Part shown: one piece after another, positions 10,501-18,973 of the stretch
Layout of the letters: each line of letters opens with the position of its first letter
Numbering within the stretch: the stretch's first letter is position 1
IMG/VR virus record: IMGVR_UViG_3300022178_003189
Location: 1-34,705 of that record
Length of the DNA stretch: 34,705 nucleotides
Direction: 5' to 3' (one strand)
DNA from: a virus
Taxonomy: Duplodnaviria > Caudoviricetes
The notes under the pieces: model-generated
What the model was told of the DNA's origin: nothing
The model's database searches: none
What the model saw: the letters and a program-made list of their open reading frames with translations, nothing else
Position numbers and translations under genes: made by a program

Positions 10501-11352
10501 GAATCCTCCGTCTCCGCCCAGGCGATTGACTGCACTTATAACAAGTTTATCCCCTTCGAGAGCCATAGAGACCCCGAAGTACTCATGGCCTGCCGTCTCA
10601 GTAGGTCGTAAAGTCTGTTGAAACTCCCACGTACACCCACCATCATTTGTTACATACACATGAGCAGCACCATCGTAGTTATTTGTATCAGGGGCGTTTT
10701 CCCATGAGTGTGCAAATATTGCAGTATTGCCTTCCATTGCAGCCATTTTTCCACTGTCAATGTTGCCGCTTCTATGTTGTGGCGAGTTATCTGCAGACTG
10801 TACTAAATCCTGTGGGTCGAACTTTTCTAGATGCGTTCCGTACCCGCTCCAGTTGATTGTTGCCATAGAATCTATAGCAACGCTGGCATCTGCACTATTT
10901 AGCTTGCAACCTCTTAGTTTATACCCAGTATTATTTTCAAATACAAAGTACAAATTAAAGGTATCTAGTAGCTCGTCTCTTGACATTGTTACTACTTGTG
11001 ATGCTGCTGATACTGTAGAAGGGGAATTAGCATATGAAGTGGCGGAACCTTTGGAAACTAGCTCCCACAGTACATCTTCCACTGCTCGCTCCTTAGATCC
11101 TTGTGTAAAAGGCCTAACGAAAGTCGAGAAAGAGAAGTTTGCAGGAGCATAGCTAGCTTTTATCTTTTTATTAAATCTATTTAAGGAGTTTCTTGTCGTA
11201 CCTCCCCCTACTAAAGTAGGAGTAGCTAACTCTACTGATTCAGATCCCTGTGAGAACGAAGGGGTGCCTGTAACAATAATCTGCCACAAGTGGCCATCCT
11301 TGCTCTCAAGGTATACCTTAGTTTCATTACCATAATAAAAGTCATTAGCCAT
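7558..11352 (-). CDS. Tail tube protein paralog with two inserted FG-GAP/Asp-box beta-propeller regions
   Basis: 1264 aa. Three segments align by eye with the adjacent major tail protein: FSFSTFVRPF/FSFSTYARPF and ATINWSGYG/ATINWSGMG, then NYIVNKLSSM/NFIQNRLSTL, then RPIGFTSGSLQVSGSF/KPIGHVTGTRSVSGSL. The segments are separated by repeats such as YFGVSMALEGDKLVIS and DYFGRGVAIYDGVAIV. Confidence 0.85.
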   Translation of the reverse strand: MANDFYYGNETKVYLESKDGHLWQIIVTGTPSFSQGSESVELATPTLVGGGTTRNSLNRFNKKIKASYAPANFSFSTFVRPFTQGSKERAVEDVLWELVSKGSATSYANSPSTVSAASQVVTMSRDELLDTFNLYFVFENNTGYKLRGCKLNSADASVAIDSMATINWSGYGTHLEKFDPQDLVQSADNSPQHRSGNIDSGKMAAMEGNTAIFAHSWENAPDTNNYDGAAHVYVTNDGGCTWEFQQTLRPTETAGHEYFGVSMALEGDKLVISAVNRLGGDGGFYYFTRAAGVWTLVAAYSSPDFDEDNGDDDGVSGDYDDDRLGQSVAMSGDYLVTGVSGHDSGDSLNDDIGAAVVWKLVSNAWVQKAILYNTDGTDAQYGRSVQIDGDRIVIPSRKNLYFYTTSDAGETWSLEQTLSIGAGSKPIASQNEICKYNRQGGTYGTVMLGMAYIDSHAGFFDSGAVLVITHNGTAWSLTQTIASPLAATQHYFGRHLDFDGTTLLVAGSDDYSRWGSTDTNYGRGKLYQYNLNETTWELSHTLDTEKALSLGGAMGRTNYSFTLSNGNILTRCLENRTGLSVATTTRTVTSITADYITLNARYNPRSYDSVVINGQRYFAILLSPAGVNHAVGLSTNWVMNQEGRGRIDCTTLGLSVNDSLVFEGENIHSWHFFKAAFHPSMCENKTGLALTDNYIVNKLSSMEFGLQESKEVLYRGGMLPDSPTSHDYFGAAMDMQYPWLMVSAYGDDTATGDAGSVQVFKFDEATNAWVFKQTLFSFSPEGSAQFGGPHDGSPISISPCGRQVAIGEQGRGTDTTGRVNIFSLKADLWQQEAIIDPTGTATGDTYLEFGRDVSLYHNMLIVGCWLDNTSTGNDKAGSAAIYRREGALWTKREHLVGSDHGGTSAAHDYFGRGVAIYDGVAIVCASGEGAGTYYSFKSTNNGKDWSLAERKYLPTGASQGGRQVKLAEGTMIIGEHGLDVLNGLSNTGGVFVYNTTSTLGVFNHVTTLLPLTVDFADLEVNDYFGLPVDMDTSENGKNVTIVAGGHTFDTNGINSAGLGYIWNSTDYGKSWSEGRTFHPSKLADADAFGHSLAVSNGHIAGGSRIGEVPGLAGNDHGYVATFRTGVNFPITAASVSINNGLMPITYPLLKEKDRPIGFTSGSLQVSGSFSGYIMDDNGLDTKEFISSLFDDTIEILPLTIDMGGFAPSTNRLKFEMPKVTLVNPEISGGDIASFSVSFSAEDTQPLLSNDTDIVKLTYRSSSIT

Positions 11353-11364
11353 ATTCTATATTCC

Positions 11365-11387
11365 AAAGAAAGGGGCCGAAGCCCCTT
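11365..11387 (-). terminator. Rho-independent terminator after the major tail gene
   Basis: Minus strand reads AAGGGGC-TTCG-GCCCCTT followed by an interrupted U tract, TCTTT. Confidence 0.8.
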
Positions 11388-11405
11388 GCTGTTACTACTT
11401 AGTTA

Positions 11406-12518
11406 TTAAGCGAAGTAAGCGATTGAACACTCGTCAGTGCCGTCAATGAACTGAGGAAGTGCATCAAAGGTAGCCTCTACAGATACAACATCGTCGAAAC
11501 TATGTTGTGGAATCTGGAAGTGTGAGTGGTTACACTGAAAACGCAATCTAGGAGTGGCTGAAGTTGTGCCACCGATATTAACAGTTAAGTCAAACTCATT
11601 GGTGATCTTACCTGTTGAAAGAGTTAAATCTTCAAACAAGTCTGCAGATCCAGCCGCAGCATCATCCAAGTAACAAGTTAAAGAACCTGAAACACTTCGA
11701 GTTCCTGTAACATGGCCAATAGGCTTATTAACAACGCCTAACTCTTCTGGAGTTAAGAAAGTAAGGTTATTAGAAACTGTAATGTTTCCGCCGGTTAAGA
11801 CCAAGTTGTAAGAACCTAAGATTGATTCACTTGCAGATGCAGTTAGAGCCAAAGTACTTAATCTGTTTTGGATAAAGTTGCTTGTGCTTGTAATCTTCTC
11901 ATCTATAGTTGTTGTTGGAGCAGACCCTTCAGTAATAGTAGTGCCCATGCCCGACCAGTTAATTGTTGCAATGCCTTCGATATCAAAATCAATACTTGCT
12001 TCGTTGAAAGCAGCACCGTTGATTTCATAAGCCATAGAGCCACTACCTGATTCATTAGGGATTACAAACGTTAATACAACTCCAGAAGCCAAGGTTGGTA
12101 CATTAGACTGAGCAAACTCAATGTTCAAGTCGGTACCATCTGAGGTAGAAACTGCAGATGAGCCACGTTTCATATCACCGGCTGTCCAAGTGTCTGCACC
12201 TAGCAACAAGCCCCAAAGAATTTCTTCTACGGCGTGGATATCGTTGTCGGTATCGCCAGCTGCTTTAGCGTAAGCTGCAGTACCTTTAAAAGGTCTAGCA
12301 TAAGTCGAAAAAGAGAACTCTACAGGGGCTAAAGAGTTATTAAACATCTTTCTGCCTCGGCGACTAACTCCAGTTGCACCAGTTGCTTCTGATAAAGTAA
12401 CTTCTGCTGTGTTTGTTGATTGAGAGAACGAATAGCCCTCTAATACTGGGATTTCCCAAACTTGGCTGCTGATCCCGGAAACGTATAGTTTTACGTCTCT
12501 ACTCATAAAAATTGACAT
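11406..12518 (-). CDS. Major tail tube protein (T5 pb6-like, lacking the C-terminal Ig-like domain)
   Basis: 370 aa with SRDVKLYVS, WEIPVLEGYSFSQ, RGRKMFNNSLAPVEFSFSTYARP and DIEGIATINWSG motifs. Strong AGGAG RBS. Confidence 0.93.
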   Translation of the reverse strand: MSIFMSRDVKLYVSGISSQVWEIPVLEGYSFSQSTNTAEVTLSEATGATGVSRRGRKMFNNSLAPVEFSFSTYARPFKGTAAYAKAAGDTDNDIHAVEEILWGLLLGADTWTAGDMKRGSSAVSTSDGTDLNIEFAQSNVPTLASGVVLTFVIPNESGSGSMAYEINGAAFNEASIDFDIEGIATINWSGMGTTITEGSAPTTTIDEKITSTSNFIQNRLSTLALTASASESILGSYNLVLTGGNITVSNNLTFLTPEELGVVNKPIGHVTGTRSVSGSLTCYLDDAAAGSADLFEDLTLSTGKITNEFDLTVNIGGTTSATPRLRFQCNHSHFQIPQHSFDDVVSVEATFDALPQFIDGTDECSIAYFA

Positions 12519-12581
12519 AGTTATTCTCCTATGGAACTCTTGAAAGAACTAAGCGTGAACATCTGTTCGTGTTAGTAGTTT

Positions 12582-13034
12582 CTAATATCGAACCTCTATT
12601 TGTAGTTCTCCTACTCCTAGTGGCTCTAGTACGCCCTCGTCAGTATCTATACTAAGGAGAGAGATTTGGTGTGTGTAATGTGTACTGCCTTGAGCGTCCG
12701 TATATAGTAGTCTAGAATTATTCTCTACTACTGTCTCTACATCTTCCATAACTGCAGCTAGCGCATCTTGCGCGTTTTCTTCGTCTACGTAGCATCTAAC
12801 AGTTATAGTTAGAAATCTATCTTTGTATCCACCGCCTTGGTATTCTCTGGTTTCTTGTCCTGCGTTTAGGTGGACCGCAGGAAAGTCAGTAACTTCATCC
12901 CAAAACAATAGTCTAGGACTTACGTTATCGAATAGATTGGTCAAGAAAGTCCCTGTACCATCTATAGCTTTTAATTGTTCTGCTAGAGCAGTTACTATGG
13001 CGCTTCTTCTAGTTGTATAAGTTCTTGTAGTCAT
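12582..13034 (-). CDS. Tail terminator protein (T5 p142-like)
   Basis: 150 aa with RSAIVTAL, FWDEVTDFP, ETREY and C-terminal IDTDEGVLEPLGVGELQIEVRY motifs. Confidence 0.88.
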   Translation of the reverse strand: MTTRTYTTRRSAIVTALAEQLKAIDGTGTFLTNLFDNVSPRLLFWDEVTDFPAVHLNAGQETREYQGGGYKDRFLTITVRCYVDEENAQDALAAVMEDVETVVENNSRLLYTDAQGSTHYTHQISLLSIDTDEGVLEPLGVGELQIEVRY

Positions 13035-14335
13035 TATGTTCTCCTAGTAAAGAATCTGCCAATCGCAAGTTTTGATGCTATGTCTCTTATAGACTTATCT
13101 ATTAACTTTCTCGGGTCTCGGTCTGAATCTGCAAACCTGGAACCGCTACTAGCCTCGAATACCTCATATGGGTCTCTGCGGTACGTGTATCCTATGCTTG
13201 GCAACCCCGTTTTTGTGGTTGCTATGTCAGTAACTTTGACGCTGTTTGAAAATCTACCTGTGCGATTCTGTAGGGCAGGCTCATTCATGTTCTCTCTAAT
13301 TTTCTCTGGCAATGCTTTATTTAAAGAAGCAATTAGCTGTAAAGGGGTTGAAGATACGCCTTGATTCTTTTTGGCTTTTTTCAGTCTTTTACGTTTTAAA
13401 GCAGCAGAAGTTACAGCACCTTTTCCAGCGCTATTCATCTTTGCAACTGTTGTAGAGTGCTTAACCTCTTCTAGTTTAGAAACTTTATGGTTCTTTTTCC
13501 CTTTAAAAGATTTTAATACTGCATTTTTTGCTTGTTTTTCTTTTATCTGTTTAAAAGAGTCTGAGCCTTTTAACTCTGTAAAGTATCCACCATCTGCTAA
13601 CTCTTGTATTGCCTTATTTAAAGTCTTTTTGAGATCCGCCTTTCTATTCTTTGAGATACCGCCCTCTTGTTTATTATCTACGGCAGAACCTATGAAAACG
13701 TTCATCTGATCTGTTTTGGTATCTCGTACAACTTTAAGGTCTATCTTTCGTTTCTTAAAGAACTTTATTATAACAGACTTAGATCGTTGACTATCATCAA
13801 GTACGGAGTTGTCTATTGCGTCTCGTACTTGCGACTCTACAATACCTTCTAAGTGTCCATGCTCTAGGTTGAATATGTCACCTGCCTGCATTTCTGTCTT
13901 TTTGCCCAATACTATTTTTACCGACTTAGAAAAATGCGAAGCAATTATCTTAATCTGTTGCTTATATGTGCTATATATCTTTGCATATCGGTTAGTTGTC
14001 TTGGCATCAAAGGAAGCGACAATCTTAGCAGTGGTAAAAGTATGCAATCGAACACTGGGGTCTTTGCCCGCTATTCTTTTAATATCGGTACCAATATGTT
14101 TTATCAGCTTTCGAACATCTGGTTCAAGCAATGTCAGTATAGTATCTACATCGGACTTACTTATATCGGTAAACTGGTTTTGTAGCACCAGAGTTAAAGC
14201 CCGCCTAAGACCTTTTCTAGTTACTGTGAAAGAGTGAGCCTGATAATTGGCTGTATTCTTTCGGTATTCAGTAGAACTACGGGACAACTCTTTATTCAGC
14301 TTTTCAAGAAACTTTTGCTGACTAGCTCTACTCAC
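13034..14335 (-). CDS. Neck / tail completion protein (T5 p143-like), N-terminally extended and very basic
   Basis: 433 aa. C-terminal LQNRTGRFSNSVKV...YTYRRDPYEVFE...RDPRKLIDKSIRDIA matches the p143 type, and the gene is syntenic. Confidence 0.8.
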   Translation of the reverse strand: MSRASQQKFLEKLNKELSRSSTEYRKNTANYQAHSFTVTRKGLRRALTLVLQNQFTDISKSDVDTILTLLEPDVRKLIKHIGTDIKRIAGKDPSVRLHTFTTAKIVASFDAKTTNRYAKIYSTYKQQIKIIASHFSKSVKIVLGKKTEMQAGDIFNLEHGHLEGIVESQVRDAIDNSVLDDSQRSKSVIIKFFKKRKIDLKVVRDTKTDQMNVFIGSAVDNKQEGGISKNRKADLKKTLNKAIQELADGGYFTELKGSDSFKQIKEKQAKNAVLKSFKGKKNHKVSKLEEVKHSTTVAKMNSAGKGAVTSAALKRKRLKKAKKNQGVSSTPLQLIASLNKALPEKIRENMNEPALQNRTGRFSNSVKVTDIATTKTGLPSIGYTYRRDPYEVFEASSGSRFADSDRDPRKLIDKSIRDIASKLAIGRFFTRRT

Positions 14336-14907
14336 TAGTGCGTCCTGTAAAGGTCGAGTACTCTTTTAATGTGGTCTGGAAAAGATATATCGCTGCGAGC
14401 ATTCTGTATAGTAGCGCCTTTAATAGTCTTGCGCTCTTTGTGCTCACCTTTAAGATAATAAGTTACTGTATCTGCTACTGCCAGTAACAAATCTGCAGGG
14501 GTTGAGTTATATCCTGCAGCGTAAGTAACTTTAACGGAGTTAATGCCTTGTTTCCAGTTTTGATAATGACCGCCAGAAACTCTATACAATGTGTCTGTAG
14601 CAGCGTCTAACTCTACATCATCAGTATTAGATAAAGTAGTATAAGTGCCTCCAATTTCGGTACGCTCCTGTACAGTTACAATTGTAACAATTGGGCTTTC
14701 CGTTAACTGAATTGCGTTTGTACCGTAGTTTACAGAAATGGTCTCTACCTTATTGGAACCGCTATAATGATCTATAATACTGTTTCCACAATAAGTTTTT
14801 ATTAATTGACTCACAGACGAGATAATAACTTCCGTGCGAGCGTCATGCTGAGTATTTGAAATGCCCTCAAGCTCTTTATATTCGGTTAGTGTTATTAAAT
14901 TTGCCAT
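14335..14907 (-). CDS. Head completion / head-tail connector protein (T5 p144-like)
   Basis: 190 aa with LITLTEYK, VKVTYAAGY..PADL.LA and FPDHIKRVLDLYR motifs. Confidence 0.88.
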   Translation of the reverse strand: MANLITLTEYKELEGISNTQHDARTEVIISSVSQLIKTYCGNSIIDHYSGSNKVETISVNYGTNAIQLTESPIVTIVTVQERTEIGGTYTTLSNTDDVELDAATDTLYRVSGGHYQNWKQGINSVKVTYAAGYNSTPADLLLAVADTVTYYLKGEHKERKTIKGATIQNARSDISFPDHIKRVLDLYRTH

Positions 14908-14923
14908 ATTATAAGTCCATTAA

Positions 14924-14957
14924 TAAAAACTTGGGGGCGGCGAACCACCCCGAAGTT
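14924..14957 (-). terminator. Rho-independent terminator after the capsid gene
   Basis: GC-rich stem GGGGTGG-TTCG-CCGCCCC, extended by AACTT/AAGTT and followed by TTTTTATT on the minus strand. Confidence 0.8.
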
Positions 14958-14973
14958 ATTAGTATTACTACTA

Positions 14974-17055
14974 TTATACGTACGATGCACGTACTACAGG
15001 TCGGTTACCAGCAGTGCCAGCTTCAATTTGATTGAAACCAACAGACTGAGAAGCAATCAACGCTGTGCGTTGGTTAGCAACTTGGTACTCAGACTCGATG
15101 TTAACACCACCTAAACGTGGAATAACATAGTTATTTACGTTAACTGCAGCAGCAGCGGTAGTGGCTACGTCACCACTAGCATTCAAGTTACTAGCAAGAA
15201 CGTCAGAAGCAATAACAGGAGAACCGTATACAGTACCGATTAAACCAGAGATTTTAGACGCTAAAGCATCGCCAACTTCTGATACATCAGTAAATCCAGG
15301 ACCATCGATAAGCTGTAAGTAGCCATCAGTAGGTAAGATGTAAGCTACATCTTGAGGATTCATACCAAATTTACCCATGTCTTGACGCATTGCTAACAAG
15401 CCATTTGCAGTGATTTCTTGACCAGCAGCAGAAGCATCAATTGCTACTTGAGCGTCAGCGGTTGCAGTATCAACGTCACCAGTAGGTGCAACGCCATAAG
15501 CGCCAGTTACTGTATCAACACCGTCATGACCTACTAGACCATTTTCTACAGTAGTTGAAGAGTTACCAACTAAACACATTTTGTCCATCGCTTTGGCGTG
15601 TGAACGTACAAGAGCTGATTGAATCATTGGCAACATAGCGATGATAGTTTGCTCATCAGTATCGTTGCTAAGGAAAGTACCTGCTACTAAACGGAATGCA
15701 CGTAAGATAACTTGAGTAGTTGCATATGCGCCTGTTCCGCCAGCTACACTATTAATGATAGTGTTATCAGTATCTTGAATACCAGTAGCACTAAAAGTAG
15801 CGAAACCAGTATCAGGAGCGATAGGTAATACAGTTGCACCAGAAGTAACTGCAATTTCACGGAATAAACCAGCAACACGTTGCTCTAAACGAACAGCTTC
15901 TGTGAAAGAAGAGATAACGCTAGAGTCAATACCTAATGAACCTGCACCAGTATAAGTAATATCTAAACCAGCTTTTTCCATAAGATCTTTTGCGAATTGA
16001 GTTTCCATGCCTTTGCCAGTGATAGCGCCAAGGATTTTAGCTTGTAAAAAGTCGTTGCCCCATGCAGAAACATCGCCAGATTTACGACCAGAAAAGTCAC
16101 GCTTGCTTTTACGCATAGCTTCTAACTCAGCAGCTTTTTCAGCTACTTGAGCTTCATACTTTTTAGTAATCTCTTGAATTTCAGAATCTTTTGCTTTTGC
16201 AAAATCAGCTTCCATGTCAGCAACTAAGCGATCTGCACCAGTTTCAATACCAGTACGGATTGTGCTTTCTACTGCAGCTTTTTCAGCTGCTTTTTGTTCT
16301 ACTGCGTCAGCAGCAGCTTTTTGTTCCGCTACATCAGCGGCTTTTTGTTCGGCTTGTTTCATTGCAATTTTAGCAGCAGTTTCTTCAGCTACTTTCTTAG
16401 CAAATGCTTCCAAGTCGATTCCGGATTCATTAGTATCCATTTTGATCTCCTGTTTTTCCGATTTCTCGGAGCTTGTAGGTGCATCACTAACCAGGTTGGA
16501 TGATATTTCATCTTCTTTGGTCAGAGACTGACCTGTTAGATCTACACGATTGGTGAAAGTTTTCTTGAACTCATTGTACTCTTCTTCAGAGTCAAACGAT
16601 TTCGCGAGAGAAAAAGTAGCTGCTTGATTGCATGGTACCGATACAACCGATACTTCAAACAACTCAGCATCCTTAATCAATAATCCGTCAGTTTCTTTTA
16701 TATAATCAGCATCCTTGACTTTGAAACCAACGGAAAAGGCCCCAAGAACACCGTCTTTTACTAGTTCACAGACATGAGCAGGAGCAGATTTACTAATCTT
16801 TGCTTCTAACTCTAGTCCATTCTCTGTTACTCTAACTCCTGTAGCACGACCAATAGGTTTATCATAGTCATGATTAAATAGTATTACAGGGTTATTTTTA
16901 AAATTTTCTAAACCACCTTTTTCCCAAGCCTCTTTAGAGATTACATCTCCAGCTCGGTCAGAATGGTTAGTGCTAGCCATACCTCGTATCATTACGCTGC
17001 CGTCATCATTTTCCTGAGACTTGAACATAGAGGCTACATGTAAGATTTTATCCAT
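14974..17055 (-). CDS. Fused HK97-type prohead protease + scaffold (delta domain) + major capsid protein
   Basis: 693 aa. N-terminal protease motifs (DRAGDVI, NPVILFNHD...PIG, AFSVGF, LFEVSVVSVPCN), then an Ala/Glu/Lys coiled coil, then an HK97-fold capsid region (YLQLID, GLIGTVYGSPVIAS). Confidence 0.93.
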   Translation of the reverse strand: MDKILHVASMFKSQENDDGSVMIRGMASTNHSDRAGDVISKEAWEKGGLENFKNNPVILFNHDYDKPIGRATGVRVTENGLELEAKISKSAPAHVCELVKDGVLGAFSVGFKVKDADYIKETDGLLIKDAELFEVSVVSVPCNQAATFSLAKSFDSEEEYNEFKKTFTNRVDLTGQSLTKEDEISSNLVSDAPTSSEKSEKQEIKMDTNESGIDLEAFAKKVAEETAAKIAMKQAEQKAADVAEQKAAADAVEQKAAEKAAVESTIRTGIETGADRLVADMEADFAKAKDSEIQEITKKYEAQVAEKAAELEAMRKSKRDFSGRKSGDVSAWGNDFLQAKILGAITGKGMETQFAKDLMEKAGLDITYTGAGSLGIDSSVISSFTEAVRLEQRVAGLFREIAVTSGATVLPIAPDTGFATFSATGIQDTDNTIINSVAGGTGAYATTQVILRAFRLVAGTFLSNDTDEQTIIAMLPMIQSALVRSHAKAMDKMCLVGNSSTTVENGLVGHDGVDTVTGAYGVAPTGDVDTATADAQVAIDASAAGQEITANGLLAMRQDMGKFGMNPQDVAYILPTDGYLQLIDGPGFTDVSEVGDALASKISGLIGTVYGSPVIASDVLASNLNASGDVATTAAAAVNVNNYVIPRLGGVNIESEYQVANQRTALIASQSVGFNQIEAGTAGNRPVVRASYV

Positions 17056-17056
17056 A

Positions 17057-17371
17057 TTACTTCTCTTTTTTAACTGCTGATTTTGCAGCAGGCTTAGCTT
17101 TTGCCTTAGGCGCAGGCTTGGGAGTAGGTTTAGCTACTACCTCTGGCTTAATATTGTTAGCTAAAGCCCATAACTCAGGCTCTACCTTACTCATGTATAT
17201 TAAAAAACTATTCCAGCTTTTGAAGTTGCTTAGAATAAATTTAGGTGGCATACCTCTTGGTCTAGAGCCATCTGATCTATACTCATAGTAGTTTGGAACT
17301 TTGCCTTTTTCTGCAAAGTATAAACCAAGGGTTCTTGTTATATTATTCTTTCTCTGGGTAGTTAATGGCAT
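17057..17371 (-). CDS. Hypothetical basic protein with a Pro/Lys/Ala tail, at the T5 head-decoration locus
   Basis: 104-aa ORF coupled to the portal gene by TAATG overlap. C-terminus KPTPKPAPKAKAKPAAKSAVKKEK. Confidence 0.7.
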   Translation of the reverse strand: MPLTTQRKNNITRTLGLYFAEKGKVPNYYEYRSDGSRPRGMPPKFILSNFKSWNSFLIYMSKVEPELWALANNIKPEVVAKPTPKPAPKAKAKPAAKSAVKKEK

Positions 17372-18561
17372 TAGTCTTCTTCCTCTGCGGGTCTACCGCC
17401 TTCGTCTGGATTTACTGCAGAGCCTGCGATATTTGCAGGAATTCTGATATCTTGTGTATTTTCTATTTCATCGAAACCTAGACGCTCTCTAGCTTCTGCT
17501 GCAGTAATAATTCCGCCATTTACTAGTGATGTATAGTATGCGGATTGATCTCGTAGTTCTGGCTGCAAAGCTGGAATATCTGTAGTGTCTTCTTTTATTT
17601 CGAAACCAAAAAATCTCTCTAAAGCATAGTTAATTTTTCGGTTGATAGGAAGTATAGTCTCTAAATAATACATTCGCATATTTGGGCGAATGTTAGCGTT
17701 ATTACCAGAATCAAACATTAAGTAAGGGATTCCCAATGCTTTTGCTAAAACTTTTTCGTTTTCTAAAATTGCATTTTGAAAATCTAAGTCTTTAAAGTTT
17801 ATATTAGTAAGATCCTCTACTTCGAGACCACCATCTAAAATTAAAGGTCTACGACCTCCATTCTCTGGGTTGTATCTGGTTGACCAGGACTGCATCATGC
17901 GTTCTTTAATTTTCTCCGATAAAGTATTTGGAGATTTAAGTACTAATCCTGGAACTGCACCATTCTTAAAAAAGTTATCCTGAAAATTACGCATAGCTTT
18001 AATAATCTTCATAGTACGAACTGCAGGCTTTAATCTAGATACTCCTCGATACATACTATGAAAAGAATTTTCTTTTACGTGTATGATTTCTGAAGGAGAG
18101 TAGTCTACATCATTATAAGTATACTTCTCTACATAATCTTTAGCGTCTGCGTGTATTTGTACATTATCTGCAGGAATATGGTATAAATGAGCACCATCAT
18201 AGTATATAAAAATATTACCGTCCAGCAAGTAGTCAGTAATTAGGTTACGTTTGAATGTGCTAATATCTTGAAACAGGTTTGGCTCAAGGTTTAAAAGTAG
18301 GTCTACTTTAGATCGTTTGATTCCTTTTACAACACTTTGCCCTTTTGTAGGTCCGCCTACACGAACAGGAATTTCAGCAACGTCATCTACAATCATATTT
18401 ACCCCACGATTAACTATCTCTAGTTCTTCGTAGAATTTCTCGTAGGCTGTATGGTCTTCTCTGGATGAGTTAATTTCTTGGACATACTGTTGAATTGGAT
18501 TAAGTTTGAAACTTACATCCTCTTCTTCTTTTCTTCCTAAAATATTATCATACCAAGCCAT
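17371..18561 (-). CDS. Portal protein (T5 pb7-like, HK97 family)
   Basis: 396 aa with EPNLFQD..F...D.LLDGN, EIIHVKEN...GVSRL, FFKNGAVPG and GIITAAEARERLG motifs. Confidence 0.95.
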   Translation of the reverse strand: MAWYDNILGRKEEEDVSFKLNPIQQYVQEINSSREDHTAYEKFYEELEIVNRGVNMIVDDVAEIPVRVGGPTKGQSVVKGIKRSKVDLLLNLEPNLFQDISTFKRNLITDYLLDGNIFIYYDGAHLYHIPADNVQIHADAKDYVEKYTYNDVDYSPSEIIHVKENSFHSMYRGVSRLKPAVRTMKIIKAMRNFQDNFFKNGAVPGLVLKSPNTLSEKIKERMMQSWSTRYNPENGGRRPLILDGGLEVEDLTNINFKDLDFQNAILENEKVLAKALGIPYLMFDSGNNANIRPNMRMYYLETILPINRKINYALERFFGFEIKEDTTDIPALQPELRDQSAYYTSLVNGGIITAAEARERLGFDEIENTQDIRIPANIAGSAVNPDEGGRPAEEED

Positions 18562-18910
18562 GTTTTTCTCGTTGTATTCTTACCCAACGTTCCTGCTTTG
18601 TAGCAGTACTTAGTAGTGGGTCTTTACCATAGATAGAGTGTAGTTGTAAGTGGTGTTTGTGACATAACGTGGCGGTATACTCATACAACTCTGCGTCATG
18701 TTCATCAATAAATTCTTCTCGCCATTCTAGTACGAGATATGGCTCTAAGCCTTGTTCCTTAACCCATTTGTGTAGTAGTCGAGTTAAGCTGTGAAAGTGA
18801 TGGAAGTCTAGCTTTACGGTATCTCCGCAAATCTCGCATTCACATCCCTTTTTGTACTTAGACTTCGCTTTATCACGAATGTATTTTACTAAATCTCTTT
18901 TCAGTTCCAT
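18548..18910 (-). CDS. HNH nicking endonuclease (T5-type)
   Basis: CEICG..LDFHH...TLCHKHHLQLH motif, located between terL and portal as in T5. Start moved to ATG 18910 (MELKRD) because the longer ORF-track start lies in the promoter -35 box. Confidence 0.88.
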   Translation of the reverse strand: MELKRDLVKYIRDKAKSKYKKGCECEICGDTVKLDFHHFHSLTRLLHKWVKEQGLEPYLVLEWREEFIDEHDAELYEYTATLCHKHHLQLHSIYGKDPLLSTATKQERWVRIQREKHGLV

Positions 18911-18923
18911 TTTCTTATCCAAA

Positions 18924-18952
18924 ATTATAACTAGTTTCAGGTTTATTGTCAA
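18924..18952 (-). promoter_or_regulatory. sigma70 promoter for the head operon
   Basis: Perfect TTGACA-17 bp-TATAAT. Confidence 0.9.
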
Positions 18953-18973
18953 ACACTATTTTTCGTACCTGCA

